DNA from: Takakia lepidozioides
Taxonomy: Eukaryota > Plantae > Bryophyta
Assembly (NCBI GenBank): GCA_030704615.1
Contig: CM060732.1
Span: forward strand, 2,852,001-2,916,000
Reading direction: 5' to 3'
Length of the DNA stretch: 64,000 bases
In this document: positions 11,906 through 24,349 of the stretch, piece by piece
Layout: each line of letters starts with the position of its first letter
Numbering within the stretch: the first letter of the stretch is position 1
Made by a program: the position numbers and the translations under genes
The notes under the pieces: model-generated
What the model saw: only the letters and a program-made list of their open reading frames with translations
What the model was told of the DNA's origin: nothing
Databases searched by the model: none

Positions 11906-11952
11906 CCGCTCATGCCGCTCATGCCGCTCATGCTCATGAAATAGCTAACCTC
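11906..11952 (-). repeat. Right TIR of the MULE
   Basis: ccgctcatgccgctcatgccgctcatgctcatgaaatagctaacctc, followed immediately by the TSD copy. Confidence 0.9.
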
Positions 11953-13916
11953 AGCCGCCTCGTACGCCTCATTCATTCGGCTTTAACATATCATAACATC
12001 TTCCACTTCGGACAACAACAAATGTCTCCCAATTGGTTCTCGGTTATATAATTCGGTCTATTCCGGCACCCATGGAATTTGTGGGAGCCAGAAAAACCTC
12101 GCCCTTCTCTTACTCCAATACCCTCCCAAATTGCGGCAAAACTGCTCCATTTCCCGCCAATTGGCAATGCCTCCCGCAAGTACCGTTATCTCCCAGTTAG
12201 ATGTGACCCATAAATATTGGGGTGATCTAACGTATCCCGGGTTTGCGGCATGTATGCTATGCATTAATCTGGGTGCATCCCACAACAAGTTTTTGCCCCA
12301 ATGCACACAATTGAGAAATGTAAATGGGTGCCCATCCAATGGGAGGTTGTGCCGATTGTATTCAAAACCCGTTGACATAATATCCTCCAAGCCCACCAGC
12401 TCATAGAAACGACGATAGATTGGTGCACGACATTCTGGGCAAGCGGCCATCCGCAAGGATGTCACGATAAGACACGTGGGATGGAACATATGTCCACATG
12501 ATCCAAGTACATGACATCCCTCTGGGCCGTAAGGATCCATGCACATCGAACAAGGTGTGCCATCTGATATCCATGACGGCACAACGCCCCGTGGTATCTC
12601 CTCACTCTCGGCCGCGTCGATATGGCTGCTCATCCTTGTAGTGGTGTCTTATTCATTCTCTATCTCCGATTCCCAGTTTATGCTTTTGTTCGATCTCGAA
12701 ATTCTGCACATGCTCACATCGATCGGATATAGATTCCATATCTGCCTAGTTCGTAAACCCGGTGACCATGCTTGATGCGTTGCGAAGATCATTATACCTT
12801 TGCATATTGTCATAAATACTATCCACGCTGCGGTTTGACATATATGCGACACGTTGCAAGGCTGACAGTGCCCGCTCTACCCGTGCTTCTCTGGAGGCCA
12901 AGTGGGTCACCATTGTCATCGCTATTCAATGACATCCATACCCGAATCTCCAATGCTTTTGACAAGCGCCATGCAGTTGCCATGACAATGTCTCGCTCCC
13001 TTGTAATGCGATCGACATCAGATATCGGATTGAATGACGACCCTTGAGCATTCCCCGGTTTTCACTACTGGTTCTTTTCTTTTTCTCCTTCTGTCATCCG
13101 CAATTTGCTGTTCCTCAACCATGGCTTCATCGGCCGTAGGGTCAAGGACGTCCGTAATTCCGTAAATGATGCGGTCAATACTATGATCGGGCATTGTAAA
13201 CTCCGCGGCCATGTCCACAACGCTCGTTCCAACCTCATTGTGGACAACGGTACCTTTATTGTTTGGAGACATGTATCGAAATCTACCCTCCAACTCGGCT
13301 ATGCACAGTCTTTGCCATTCCAGAAGGTCCTTCAGAAGGTCCTCTGTTCCCTTTCCGCCAGTTGTTCCTCTAACGTTCCAGCCGGATGTTGCATCGGTGC
13401 CTTGGCACGCCCAATATCATAGCCTGGGTTTTCCAAACGCGTCCGGGATGTATTCCAAATCGTATTGCATCGTTGCGTTCCTCCTACTAGCAGTTTGTCA
13501 ATTCACTGGAGGCAACAGTATGACCTCCACGTACAACATTGTTGCCAAGGTGTACGAGATTTGGCCTTTCAAGAGAGGTTGACCCCACAATGTGCAATGC
13601 ATCTCATTCGCCCTATGCTGGAAATGCAAGTTCGTGCAAGACCTGGACTCTGCGTAATTGTTTTGGGTTTGCACGTCATGCCTATGTCTAGGCCACAATC
13701 GATTGATGTGGTACCATTCAACGAATTTTTTGCATCTCACCATCGGCCACCTGAACTGTTCCGGAAAATCCTCCCAACCCTCTTCTGCTAGTTTGTTAGG
13801 TCATCATATACTTCCCAATTCAAGTCTTGCCTTGACCATTTGATTTTCTTAGGGGGCGGTCCATGTTCATTGGGGTCATATCTTCCATGACGCTCATCGT
13901 CGTGGCCCTCTGCCAT
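11953..13916 (-). pseudogene. Decayed gene with a RING-H2 finger, probable hAT cargo
   Basis: CSMC...CGHMFHPTC...CPEC in ORF 12058-12633. Upstream fragments (ATG 13916 MAEGHDDERHG...; 13498-13743; 13018-13293) are on the same strand with stops and frameshifts. Confidence 0.72.
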
Positions 13917-14379
13917 TTTGCAACAATCAGAGCAACACTAAACGAGGTTTACTAAGACGTAACGGATAGTTAAACAGTACTCAAGGAAACGTGGAAATTG
14001 CTAAGAACTAAATGACAGATAAACACATGACGATCTGTAAAGAGACAATACTATTAACCCTAAATTGTTAACCGAAAACGAGTTTGAATAAGTGCCAGAG
14101 TAGTTCTTAAAAACTAATTTTGTAGAATGAAATGATCCAAGAAGCCAGGGCCTATGGGAGCAATCTGCAACAACTTCACAGAAATCGCGGCAAAAAATAC
14201 CCCCCACCCAACCAATGGCCTCATTATCCACGTGACTACGTGTCGTGGAATAACTACATGCCACGCATACAGAAATTGTATGGAGATGAAGTGAGGGGAG
14301 AATGAGCCTCCCTTGGCTTATATGCCCCCCTCGCCTCATTCCTCGGGCCACGCGCAGGGCACACTTTCTGGAAGCGACC

Positions 14380-15100
14380 GCCACCTTGGCGGTCGCTCCA
14401 TTTAAAAAAAAAAAAAAAAATGACCTCCTCAAATGGCAGTCGCTCCATTTTCCAAAATAAATAAATAAACGACCGCCATTTACAGAAAAAATAAAAAATA
14501 AAAGCGACAGCCAATAATGGCGGTCGCTGCATTTACAGAAAATAATAAAATAATAAAAAATAAAAACGACCGCCAATAATGGCGGTCGCTCCATTTTCCA
14601 GAAAATAAAGATATAAGCGACCACCAGTAATGGTGGTCGCTGCATTTATTATTAAAAAAAAAAAAAAACGACCGCCAGTAATGGCGGTCGCTCCATTTTC
14701 CAAAAAATAAAGATATAAGCGACCACCAGTAATGGCGGTCGCTGCATTTACAAATAAAATAAAATGACCGCCAATTATGGCGGTCGCTCCATTTACAAAA
14801 ATAAAATAAAAAGTGACCGCCGGTAGTGGCGGTCGCTGCATTTATCAAAAATAAAAAATAAAAACAACCACCAGTAATGGCGGTCGCGACATTTGGTAAA
14901 AATAAAAAATAAAAGCGATTGCCAGTAATGGCGGTCACTCCTTTACAAAAATAAATAAATAAACGACCGCTAGTACAGGCGGTCGCTGCATTTAGAAAAA
15001 AAAAAAAAAAAAAAAAAAAAAACGACCGCCAGTAATGTCGGTCGCTACATTTATATATATTAAAAAAAACGACCTCCAGTAATGCCGGTCGCTGCATTAA
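14380..15100. repeat. Tandem palindrome array: CGACCGCCA(GTAA)TGGCGGTCG units separated by A-rich spacers
   Basis: More than 10 imperfect hairpin units at roughly 50-65 bp spacing. Confidence 0.92.
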
Positions 15101-15366
15101 ATAAAAAATAATGCAGAGATGGAAGCATTGCAATTTTGTGCAGAGTTGGAAGGATTGACACAATTGTTTTTCATTACACAAGCAAATCACCAAACACAAA
15201 TATGAGCAAGTGACGATGCCTTGGCCGACATTTTGGGTGGTATACATATGGGCAACATCTTTTATTTTCCAATACATACACACAACAACAATAAAATGTG
15301 CTGTTGCATGCCTAAAGCTGTTTTGCTTCAATTCCTTCTACTGCTTCGTCGACGGGATGAAGAAAA

Positions 15367-16605
15367 TCATAATCTTGATGCTCCGATGGGCTGAAAATCC
15401 GAGTCACCCTCAACTTCACTACCATTGTCATGATCAGTGCTGGAATCGTCCTCCCTATCTGACCTCCCATGTCCAGGCTTTTGAATCTGCAAGCGACCTC
15501 GAACCACATTTAGTTCTCTCTGAGGTCGACTCCCACTCCGGTCTTGAGTACCATCCACGGTATCTGGCCTGTTTGTGGGTCGATCGCCTACAAAAGACTG
15601 AACTATTCTCTGTCGTTTATGGGGTTGGGACGCATTCGAAGGTAGTATCGAAGGAGGTATCGGAGGGGGATGTGCCCGGGATGGACCGGCATTAGATGGT
15701 CCGGCATGTGAGGAACCATGGGTCTGCTGCACAACACGTCGGTTAAGGTGGAATTGTAGTGGCATGTTATCATCATCCGAGGCTTTAACTTCCGCCCGGT
15801 CCAATGCAGCAGAATGATGCGTGTGTGTGGAAAACAGATCAACCCTGTTGCTCCTTAATGCCCGCTGTGTTGATGAGGAGCTGGATTGGTTTTTGGATTG
15901 TGGTAGAGCGAGTCGTATCGGTGAGGCATGTTCCCGTTCCGTCGACTGTACAATGAGTTCGGCACCATCGTTGGTATAAACAGGGTAGCGTACGTCACTC
16001 GGTCCTGGTAGTTCATCACCCCTGAGCTCCATTGGAGCACTGTCAGTGGCTTCAGCGTGTAGTGAGAGGCAAGAGTCGACCCCAACTTCATTCTGAGGAC
16101 CATGTTCTGGGGAGGACACAATTGCATCATGACACTTATCTGTGATACGTACTTCGTAAAAAATGTCATCAATGGTCGGCTGGATATATGCATCGTCATC
16201 TGTGAACGTAAACGGGTCATACGCATTGTCGGGAGCATTATCGGACCCATCTCCACTATCGGAGGCAGATGACTCTCTCTGAGATGATTCCCTCTGAGAC
16301 TCAGTATCGTCACTCATCCAATCTGCCTCAGAAGCAGAGTCTTCGGAATGCAAATTCCTCTCATACCATGCTGCAGCATTATCCGCTGCCCTCTCATGTA
16401 GCAGTCGACAATTGGTATACACATAAACCAATTTGTCAGCCCTCGCGGGATTCGACCTGTTGCGAATCTTGTGAACAAATGAGTAACTGCTCCAATTGCG
16501 TTTGCAAGATGAGACAAAACACACCTGGGCAAGAATACGCTTCGCAATAGGAGCTAATGTTCTTGCTCCAGCTCCAATCAAATCCCACCATTCATGTGGC
16601 AACAT
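15367..16605 (-). pseudogene. hAT transposase C-terminal (dimerisation) fragment plus low-complexity tail
   Basis: PHEWWDLIG...LAPIAKRILAQVCFVSSCKRNWSSYSFVHKIRNR...KLVYVYTNCRL matches the plant hAT W-W...SxCERNWS...RNRL...LVYV pattern. The catalytic E appears as K and the upstream core is missing. Confidence 0.88.
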
Positions 16606-17039
16606 ATTGAGCTATGTCACATTCATCTGTATCCAATATCCATTCCATTGGGCCCTAGTGATGTAAGCAACAAAAAACAGTGACATATATATGAACCTGG
16701 GAATGTAGAGTGCAATGCGATAGCCCAACACTTCTACACCTGTCAACCAAGTGGGTCGATGCACGTTGTAGTGTTGAGCTTATACACAATTTGCTAAAGT
16801 GGCTTTGATGGAAGCCACAACGGCAAAATGTGCGCACCCTCTTCTTGGGCTACATTCTCGTTCAATGGAAGAGACATCCAGTGTTTGCGCCAAAAGAAGT
16901 GAGGAGTTTGGTGACCCTGCTCCCTTATATATGCTCCAGAAAGGATGGAAGTGAAATGAAAGTGAAATGACAAAACGACCGACCAATAGCGCCCACCCGA
17001 AAAAGCGGTGCAACCATATTTGTTGGAATTTTAAAATTA

Positions 17040-17470
17040 AGTGATCGTTAATACTGCGGACCGCGGTCGCTATTTTTATCTAAAACACAAGCGACCGCCA
17101 TTATTGCGGTCGCTTTTATTTCCTTTGATTTTGTGAAATATTGCGGTCACTTTTATTATGTATATTTTTAAATTTAAGCGACCGCCACTATTGTGGTCGC
17201 TATTATTTTTTATTTCACAATATAATGTGACCGCCTGTATTGCGGTCGCTTGATTTGTTTATATATTTAAAATAAAACGACCGCCAATATGATGGTCGAT
17301 TTTATTCTTAATATAAAAAGCGACCGCCAATATGGCGGTCGCTTTTAATCTTTATATTTTTAAGTTTAAGCGACCGCCAGTGTGTTTTTAATTTCAAAAT
17401 ATAAAGCGACCACGAAAATTGGTTGTCGCTTTCAATTTATTAATTTTCAAAATGTATTGCCCCCGCCACC
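17040..17470. repeat. Second array of the hAT-associated palindrome (AAGCGACCGCCA...GCGGTCGCTT)
   Basis: About 7 units in AT-rich spacers, same motif as 14380-15100. Confidence 0.88.
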
Positions 17471-17625
17471 GTGTCGATGACGTGGCTGCTTAAGTAACAG
17501 TATTTTACCTAGTACTTTTTTTATCGGAATATTCCTGGAACCTGACGTGACGGAGGTCCTGTCAGCGTCAGGTCTAACGTGACCTGATGCTGACTGACAG
17601 AGGTGACGCTGATAACCGGGACGTG

Positions 17626-19092
17626 AATGAAGTCTAAGATAGATGGTTCAAAATATTTACTTGGAACCTTTTGGTCATATTGCTAAGAGCTCTGTGGGGC
17701 ACATGATGTTCCATCCTTTATACGCCTGTGACCTTTGACCCTGACACAAGAACCAGCACGTATGGTAGGTACTGATGAGGAACTTGGTGTGGCTCGGATG
17801 TCCGACACTTCGCCAGGTAATAGTAAGATCCATTTAGTTTTAATTGTGGATGAGTTTGCGCTTATTCTTCAGACCAATTTTTTCTAAAACTGTGATGACA
17901 TATTTGTACCCTGGTGAATTGCAGACGCCAAAGGCAAGAGAAGGTGAACCCCCGACAACGAATGTACCCACTCACGATCGGCAACCCAAAACACGTGCTC
18001 AACCAATGGCGACTGCCCGAGCTGCTCTCTCATCCAGTGCGACATATGCGGTATAGTCTAAAAATTTTATGATGTTTGTTGTCCATCAATTTACTTGTAT
18101 TAATGATTCAATTTCCTCATTTGGATTTGTCGCACCTTCACCTTTACTAACGATAGCTTGCTGCTTTTCTTTACAGATGCAAGAAATGCGTCTACAACGA
18201 GAGCTGAAGTGGTTAGGCTACCTGGCAGGAACGAGTACCCATGGCAAGGACATACGCCCAGGCTGGTATAAGGTAAAAGTCCTTGAATGCACCCATCAGC
18301 AGGTTGCCATGCCTTTTCTCAATATGAACGATGATCCCCTTCAGACTAGACTTGAACACATACTATCTAGCAGTTTCTTTGTGACCAGCAAAGAGTCTGA
18401 GAAAGACTTGCGTTCACTAAGTATGATGATGCAAAGTTGTAGCAGATCCATATGAACCACCCACTGTTTATTATCAAATGATCATTTGAAGTGAAGATTT
18501 GGTGGGATTTTGCATGTCAGTATCATCATGGGCCGTTGTCTTTCATGTATTACTTGTGATCTTCATTGTTCATGGTTGGTTTGGTTAGGATGTAGCATTG
18601 TCCAACATGCTTCATATTCTCCCCGATTAGACAATTTAGGTATGTTATCATGTTATGCATTGTTGGATAAATAGCATGGTATAACAAGAACAAGAGCAGT
18701 CACAATAACAACTCTCACATTTCACTACGAGTCCATGTTCTGTAAGGCAGAGCACTTCTCTAATAGCAATAAACCAATGCATTAAACATCTCATAGTTGC
18801 ATATGCCACTTGAACAACCACCATTTCCAGTCGTATATCCAACTAGCAGGATGCACAAGAGGGAGCCCCAGGCACGCCGGCAGTAGCGACGGTCCGGCGT
18901 CGCAGCAGGTGTGTAATGAGGACAGTGCATGCGATGGTGAGGCCCACCGCGTCTGCGACGCCGGGGCGTCGCAATTTCTGCGGGCCCGATGGATGCCTGC
19001 GCTCCGGCGTCGTAGAAGCCGTGATGCCGCCGTCATTGGCTCACTGCCGCGCCCACGGTCGAGCGTCGCTAACCCCCATTTATCCTGTGGTG
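17626..19092 (+). mobile_element. CACTA/EnSpm element, 3' portion
   Basis: The reverse complement of the end reads CACCACAGGATAAATGGGGGTTAGCGACG (CACTA-type terminus). GCGACG/CGTCGC subterminal repeats at 18885-19070. Peptide THGKDIRPGWYKVKVLE...MPF...QTRL (18178-18390) resembles EnSpm accessory-ORF C-termini. Confidence 0.65.
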
Positions 19093-19399
19093 TGAAGCTG
19101 CGCCGCTACGCAGTACGACGGTACCTACCATCGTGGACGGGGCACCGTGCCGATCACGGAGGAAGCAAAGACAACGCACCCAACGAGAGTGAGGATGAAT
19201 GCAAGACACTGCCCCACAATACCGTCAGGACCATCCAAAGGGACCCCGGGGGGGCGGACCCTCTCATAGACAGTAGTGAAAAAAAGGGGGGCAGGGGAGT
19301 CGTCCATGAGGGCATGGACTCAGAATAAGAGGGGGATAATGTTAGACGTGAATCTAACCTCCGCAGGAGGGAGGGAGGGAGGGATTCACCGAAGAGTTT

Positions 19400-21004
19400 A
19401 TCGGAGGACGCACTATCGGATTCGTTGGAGAGTACGCCAGAAGGAGACCCACATTAACAAACAACAACGAGTTGAGCAAGGGTTACGAGCTGCGCCATGT
19501 TAGCATCCGCCACGTCAACCGAAACATACGGCGCCTATACCCGAGGGTCCTATGACCGTGGGATGAACTTAGGGAACATGAAACCAAAATACCATCAAGT
19601 ATATCATCAAAATACCCGAAATGGGAAATAAAACTGTGACATCTATTCCACAACATTCTGCAATTACAATTGTAAGTTTTACAATAACAATTACAATGAG
19701 GACAAAATAACCTTATAAGGCTCCAATGAGGCTAACCCAGGAAGACCCTGCTTTCTCCCAAAATAACGAAGAGAAGAGGGATCACGGTATAAAAAAGAAG
19801 CATGCGGTACATAGCGACACAAAAGAGACCGGAGCAATTTTTTTTTTGAGAATAATACGGAAATAAAAACGAAAAAAAACAGAGCAGAAGTGATTGTTGG
19901 CACCGATCATCATTTTTTATTTTATTTATTTATTTATTTTTCCTCCCTATTTTTCCCAAAAAAAAAAACCAACAGAGCGGAAGTGATTATCGGTGCCGAC
20001 AATCACTTCTGCTCTGTTTTTTTTTTTTTTTTTTGGTTTTTTGTTTTTTTGGAAAAATTACGGGGAAAAAAAAACAATAAAAAACAGAGTAGAAGTGATG
20101 ATCGGTGCCAACAATCACTTCTCCTCTGCTCTAACAAGTTGAGACACGCTCATTGTGCCGCAGCTCCGCTCTGGACAACCGCACTGCATTGCTTCACTGA
20201 TGCAAACACAGAGTAGAGCGGAAGTGATTGTCGGTGCCGATCATCACTTCTGCTCTGCTCTGTTTTTTTTTTTTTTTTTTTTTTTTGGGTTTTTTTGCAT
20301 ATTGTTAAAATAAATAAATAAATAAACAGAAGTGATGATCGGTGCCGATCATCACTTTTGATCTGTTTTGGCATTTGGGTAGAGGTGATGATCGTCGACG
20401 ATCATCACTTTTGTTTGATACTTGATACTTGATTTCCAAACATGCAAAAGCTTAGTATATCTAAATCAGTCTATTCGGCCATCTGGGCGATTTTTACGTA
20501 AGAAAGCCTCAATTCCACTCCGGCTAACTTTGATGGTTGGGGATCTGCACTAGGAACTGCTACTACACCTTGTTATCGACTGATACAAAAGCTTGTTGAA
20601 ACTAGTACGCTTATTCTCCCTTTTATGGGAGGGATAAAGGTCTCACTTCGGCAATCACACTTATCAAATCGTAGTTTATGACACGAGGGGCGGCGGTGGG
20701 ATGGATGTTAAAGATGTAGTCTGCAATGACTGGAAAAGATAAATCATTTCGCGGAAATAGGTACCTATCTCACGCCTCTGGGCTCACGATCTAGCATTCT
20801 CCCCTTCCGCCTGTTTTGTCCACGGTTATAGGTCCGTGCCTATAGAAATGACGTGGCATGACGTGACGTAGCGTCAACTACGCTGGCGAGGACTGCTGAC
20901 GTGCCATAACACCCATGAACCAACGTGGCAAGAACTGCTGACGTGGCGTAAGCCTGACTGCGCTCACACGCTCACGCGGCCAGGCTCACGCGGAGGCATC
21001 CTCC
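19400..21004. mobile_element. Probable non-autonomous MULE-like element (right end recognisable, left end uncertain)
   Basis: The reverse complement of the right end, GGAGGATGCCTCCGCGTGAGC...CGTGAGCGTGTGAGC, resembles the TIR style of the elements at 321 and 24350; internal palindrome array; no TSD found. Confidence 0.4.
19870..20415. repeat. Palindrome array GAAGTGATGATCGG(TG)CCGATCATCACTT with poly-A/T spacers
   Basis: Units at about 19887, 19980, 20092, 20221, 20329 and 20383. Confidence 0.88.
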
Positions 21005-21499
21005 GAGGCCCTTGGTAGCTCCATACATCTCCTCTATTGTATCCCACAAAAATGGCACGGAAATAGCTTGCACCTGCGGCGTGGATCCCTCAAAGTCTGA
21101 ATCAAAACCCTCCTCAGAAGACACAGAAGGTGAAGGTGGCCTAAACCGCACATCTCATCTCGTATACCCACTAGTATCGCTAGTGCTCGTACCGACACTC
21201 CCCTTAGCAACTGGTGGTACCTCCGTGATGAAAACTCGCAACCACACTTGTTGTAAATCTATCTCTAATCCCCTTTTCCACAAGGTAACCGGGTCGAGAA
21301 CCTGTTGCGGCTTATGGCTTAGACTACTAGGTTCGTAACATAAACCTGCACCTGCACCTGCATCCACCGCAAGCACTCCTATGATCTGCTGGTCATCAAC
21401 CCAGCCTCACCATAAGAGAAACAATGATGGTCTGACTGGTCATCACCCCAGCCTCACCACCGACAGCACGCTCTAGGATTGGCTGGTGATCAAATCCGG

Positions 21500-23852
21500 A
21501 CCAACCTCCTATGAAAACAATCGCCCATACAAAACTGACATGGCGCACAGTCAAGCATGCAAGTGTGGGGGGGATCCAAACACAAGAAAATCAGAGCAAC
21601 AATACCCCCACATCAAAATCACTCCACAGGGTCGTTTCTGCAATGACACCCCAGCCCAAACCCGGCTGACTCTTGCCTCCACCTATGGAAAGGTTTTGGC
21701 GTACAGAGAGGGTGAAATACTACAAGGAAGAGAGACTAAAACAATTCCTAATCCCAGCACGCTCTCATCCCATTACCATATCTCCACATTCTCTTGCTGG
21801 AGCAATAGACAAGACTACATTTCAAGGGTCTCTCAAATAACTCTCGAGGAGCCCTCAAGATGTATCTCAAACAATCTCACTAAGGCTCCCAAACCTTGCC
21901 CAATGGGACTCTAAACAATACACCAAGACCCCAAGAGCTTGCCAAAACTTGACCCTCGAGGACCCCCAAATAGTCCCTCACACAAGTCGCCAAAGACTCC
22001 TCAAGCTCGTCAAATATTGGCCTCCAAGGACCCCAAATAGTCCTCTAAGGACTCACTATGTTCCCAATGCGTTCCCAAGTTCCCAATGGGTTCACAATAG
22101 GTTCCCAAAGTCCCCTAAGAATATTCATGAGAATATGCTATAGTATTCCCCCAATATTCTCCTGGGCCTATATGTATTTTTCTTGTATTCCCCTTATATT
22201 CTCCTTAGGAATAGCCATTTCCCCCTTGGGATAGCCATTTCCCCCTCATAGAGTAGTTCATTTCCCCCTAGGGTTTAGCCATTTCCCCCTAAGCTTTAGC
22301 CACTTCCCCCTCTATTTCCTTGAGGTTTAGCCTTACCAAGCTAGGGTTTGTGCTCCTTGGAGCTCTATGCTTAATCCCCTCAAGCATCCATGAATTCTAT
22401 CGGATATCAAGACAAATTCCCTTGATCTTCTTCACCTCAAGCTACTCAAGCTTGTCTCCAACTCAACTAGCAATGCATTGGCTACACAACAAGCTCAATT
22501 TCTCCTTAGAAGCTAAAAACAAGCTTCTACCTCTTTTGGCAAGCCACCAAGCCTTGTCTCTTCTCAAGCCTTGGTCATTCAAGCTCCCTTCACTTGCTAC
22601 CTCAAGAGCCACTCATCTCAAGCTTGAAAGGGCAAAGCTCATGCCAAAAGCATGCTCCACACATGCATCACCTCATACACAAGGGAATCAACTTGCTCCC
22701 TTCACCTTCTAGCTCGCCTCAAGCTTGAAATTGGAAGCCACACTTGGGAAGCATGCTCCACACATGCACCATTTGCTGGATCAACCACTTGCTTCACCAA
22801 GAGCAATCCACCACAAAGCTCCCACTAATGAATAGCCGGGAATTGCCTCCCCCTCTTGTCACATTACATAGCTAAGGTGAAGCTATGAATACCTTGAATG
22901 ATGATCTCTCTTCAATGACTTCCCACAAGTTGTTCTCCAAGCCTTTCCAATGCCCTAAGCTTGGCTCCACACCACCATGATTGGAAGACTTCTTTACATG
23001 CTCCCCTTCAAACCTCTTGAGCTTCCTAATGCTCTCCAAGTGCTTGCCCTTGTTGTCTTCAAGCCCAAGCCTATATAGCTCCTTGGCTTCTCTTCCATAA
23101 CATCCACATTTGAGCTTGCTTAACCCTAGATTGCTAGTGAAATGAGCACTAATAACCATTTAGTCGCTCTCCACATGCCATGGCATACACCATTGACTCC
23201 ATTATGCATAGAAAGGATTCTCAAACCTTGAACTCCATGCTTCCACCAACCACAAGACTTCCCTCCTGCAATCCTTGCAAATCTTGTGGCAAACAAGCTC
23301 ATTCTTGAGCTCTCCAACACCTTGGTGTAACAGCACAAATATCTTTCATTGCAACCCTTGCAAGCCTTGTGATACAAGAGCTAAATTCTCCTAGCTCTCA
23401 ACATCTTTAACATACAAGTGCAAAACTAATCCTTACACTCCGCACTCACAAACATAAGGTCATCTTCTTGTAGTGATAATGGAAGTGAACACAATGGAAA
23501 CACTCCATTCATGAATCCACTCAATCACATAAACTAAGTCAAGTCAAGGGCACCTTTGCTAAATGAATCCACCCTACAAAGCCCTCACCACACTCCCACT
23601 CAATACCTAGAGCTATGGAGGTGGGATAGGCTCATGGAGGCTCAACTACAAGAAGATGAGCCCTCCTCAACACTCACAAGGGGAAGACCCATGTCCCAAG
23701 TGAGGTTTGATACCTCACTTGGCATGTGAGACCAAATGAAGTCCCAACACACAAAATACAAATATAAATATCCAAAATGTCCTAGTTAACTAGAAGTAGG
23801 TAATTCTAGTTAACCATGACTAAAACCATGACATTTTGGCCAACCTCTAGCA
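21500..23852 (-). mobile_element. Possible LTR-retrotransposon LTR or non-coding remnant
   Basis: Begins TG(CTAGAGG) on the minus strand exactly where the L1 RT sequence is cut off. Non-coding, with short TAGCCATTTCCCCC repeats at 22210-22310. No partner LTR or PBS confirmed. Confidence 0.3.
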
Positions 23853-24349
23853 GTGGTTATGTTATATTTTGAAAAAGCCTTTGACCGCATCAATTGGAGC
23901 TTTTTAATGGGGGCTCTCCATAAAATAGGTCTCCCCTTTTTTTTTTACTTCGTGGGTTTGTCTCCTTCTCTTCTCGGCCTCCAGCCGTGTAATCACCAAT
24001 GGTTATCTTTCTAAACCCTTCTCCCGCCAGAGGTCTGTCCGGCAAGGTTGCCCACTTTCCCCTTTCCTTTTTCTCATTGATGCTGATTGCTTATGATATA
24101 TGTTTAATGCTCCCCCAGTGATCCATGGTCTTGCTATCCCTCATCTGGGTGCTTCTTTTAACTTGAATATTTCCTGTTATGCTGATGATACTACGCTCTT
24201 CCTCAAAAATGTCCACCAATCCAACGTTGACAACGCCTTTGGTACCTTGTCTCAATTCTGCCTAGCCTCGGGGTTCAAAGTTAACTGGCGTAAAACCAGA
24301 GGCCTGCTTTCTCTCCCTGCTCCTTCTGAACCTTCTCATCTTCATTCCT

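Larger units (their letters stand above)
321..11952. mobile_element. Full-length Mutator-like (MULE) DNA transposon, about 11.6 kb, with two genes
   Basis: 10-bp direct repeat AGCCGCCTCG at 311-320 and 11953-11962 (TSD within the 9-11 bp MULE range). Left end GGGGGCTGCTATTTCATGAGC matches the reverse complement of the right end, GAGGTTAGCTATTTCATGAGC. Internal MULE transposase. Removing the element restores an open frame in the flanks. Confidence 0.95.
11953..17625 (-). mobile_element. Part of a large hAT element (other end beyond the window start); putative end near 17625
   Basis: hAT fragment flanked by two arrays of one motif. TGACG-rich subterminal cluster at 17540-17625 followed by an abrupt switch to CACTA-like sequence. 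The partner TIR and TSD cannot be seen. Confidence 0.55.

Noticed and set aside
14380-15331. CRISPR-like appearance of the palindrome arrays (also 19.9-20.4 kb and 24.7-25.6 kb) and ORF 14480-15331
   Set aside because: Spacers are low-complexity A/T runs or copies of each other, repeats are degenerate, there are no cas genes, and the context is eukaryotic; the ORF is F/Y-rich repeat translation.
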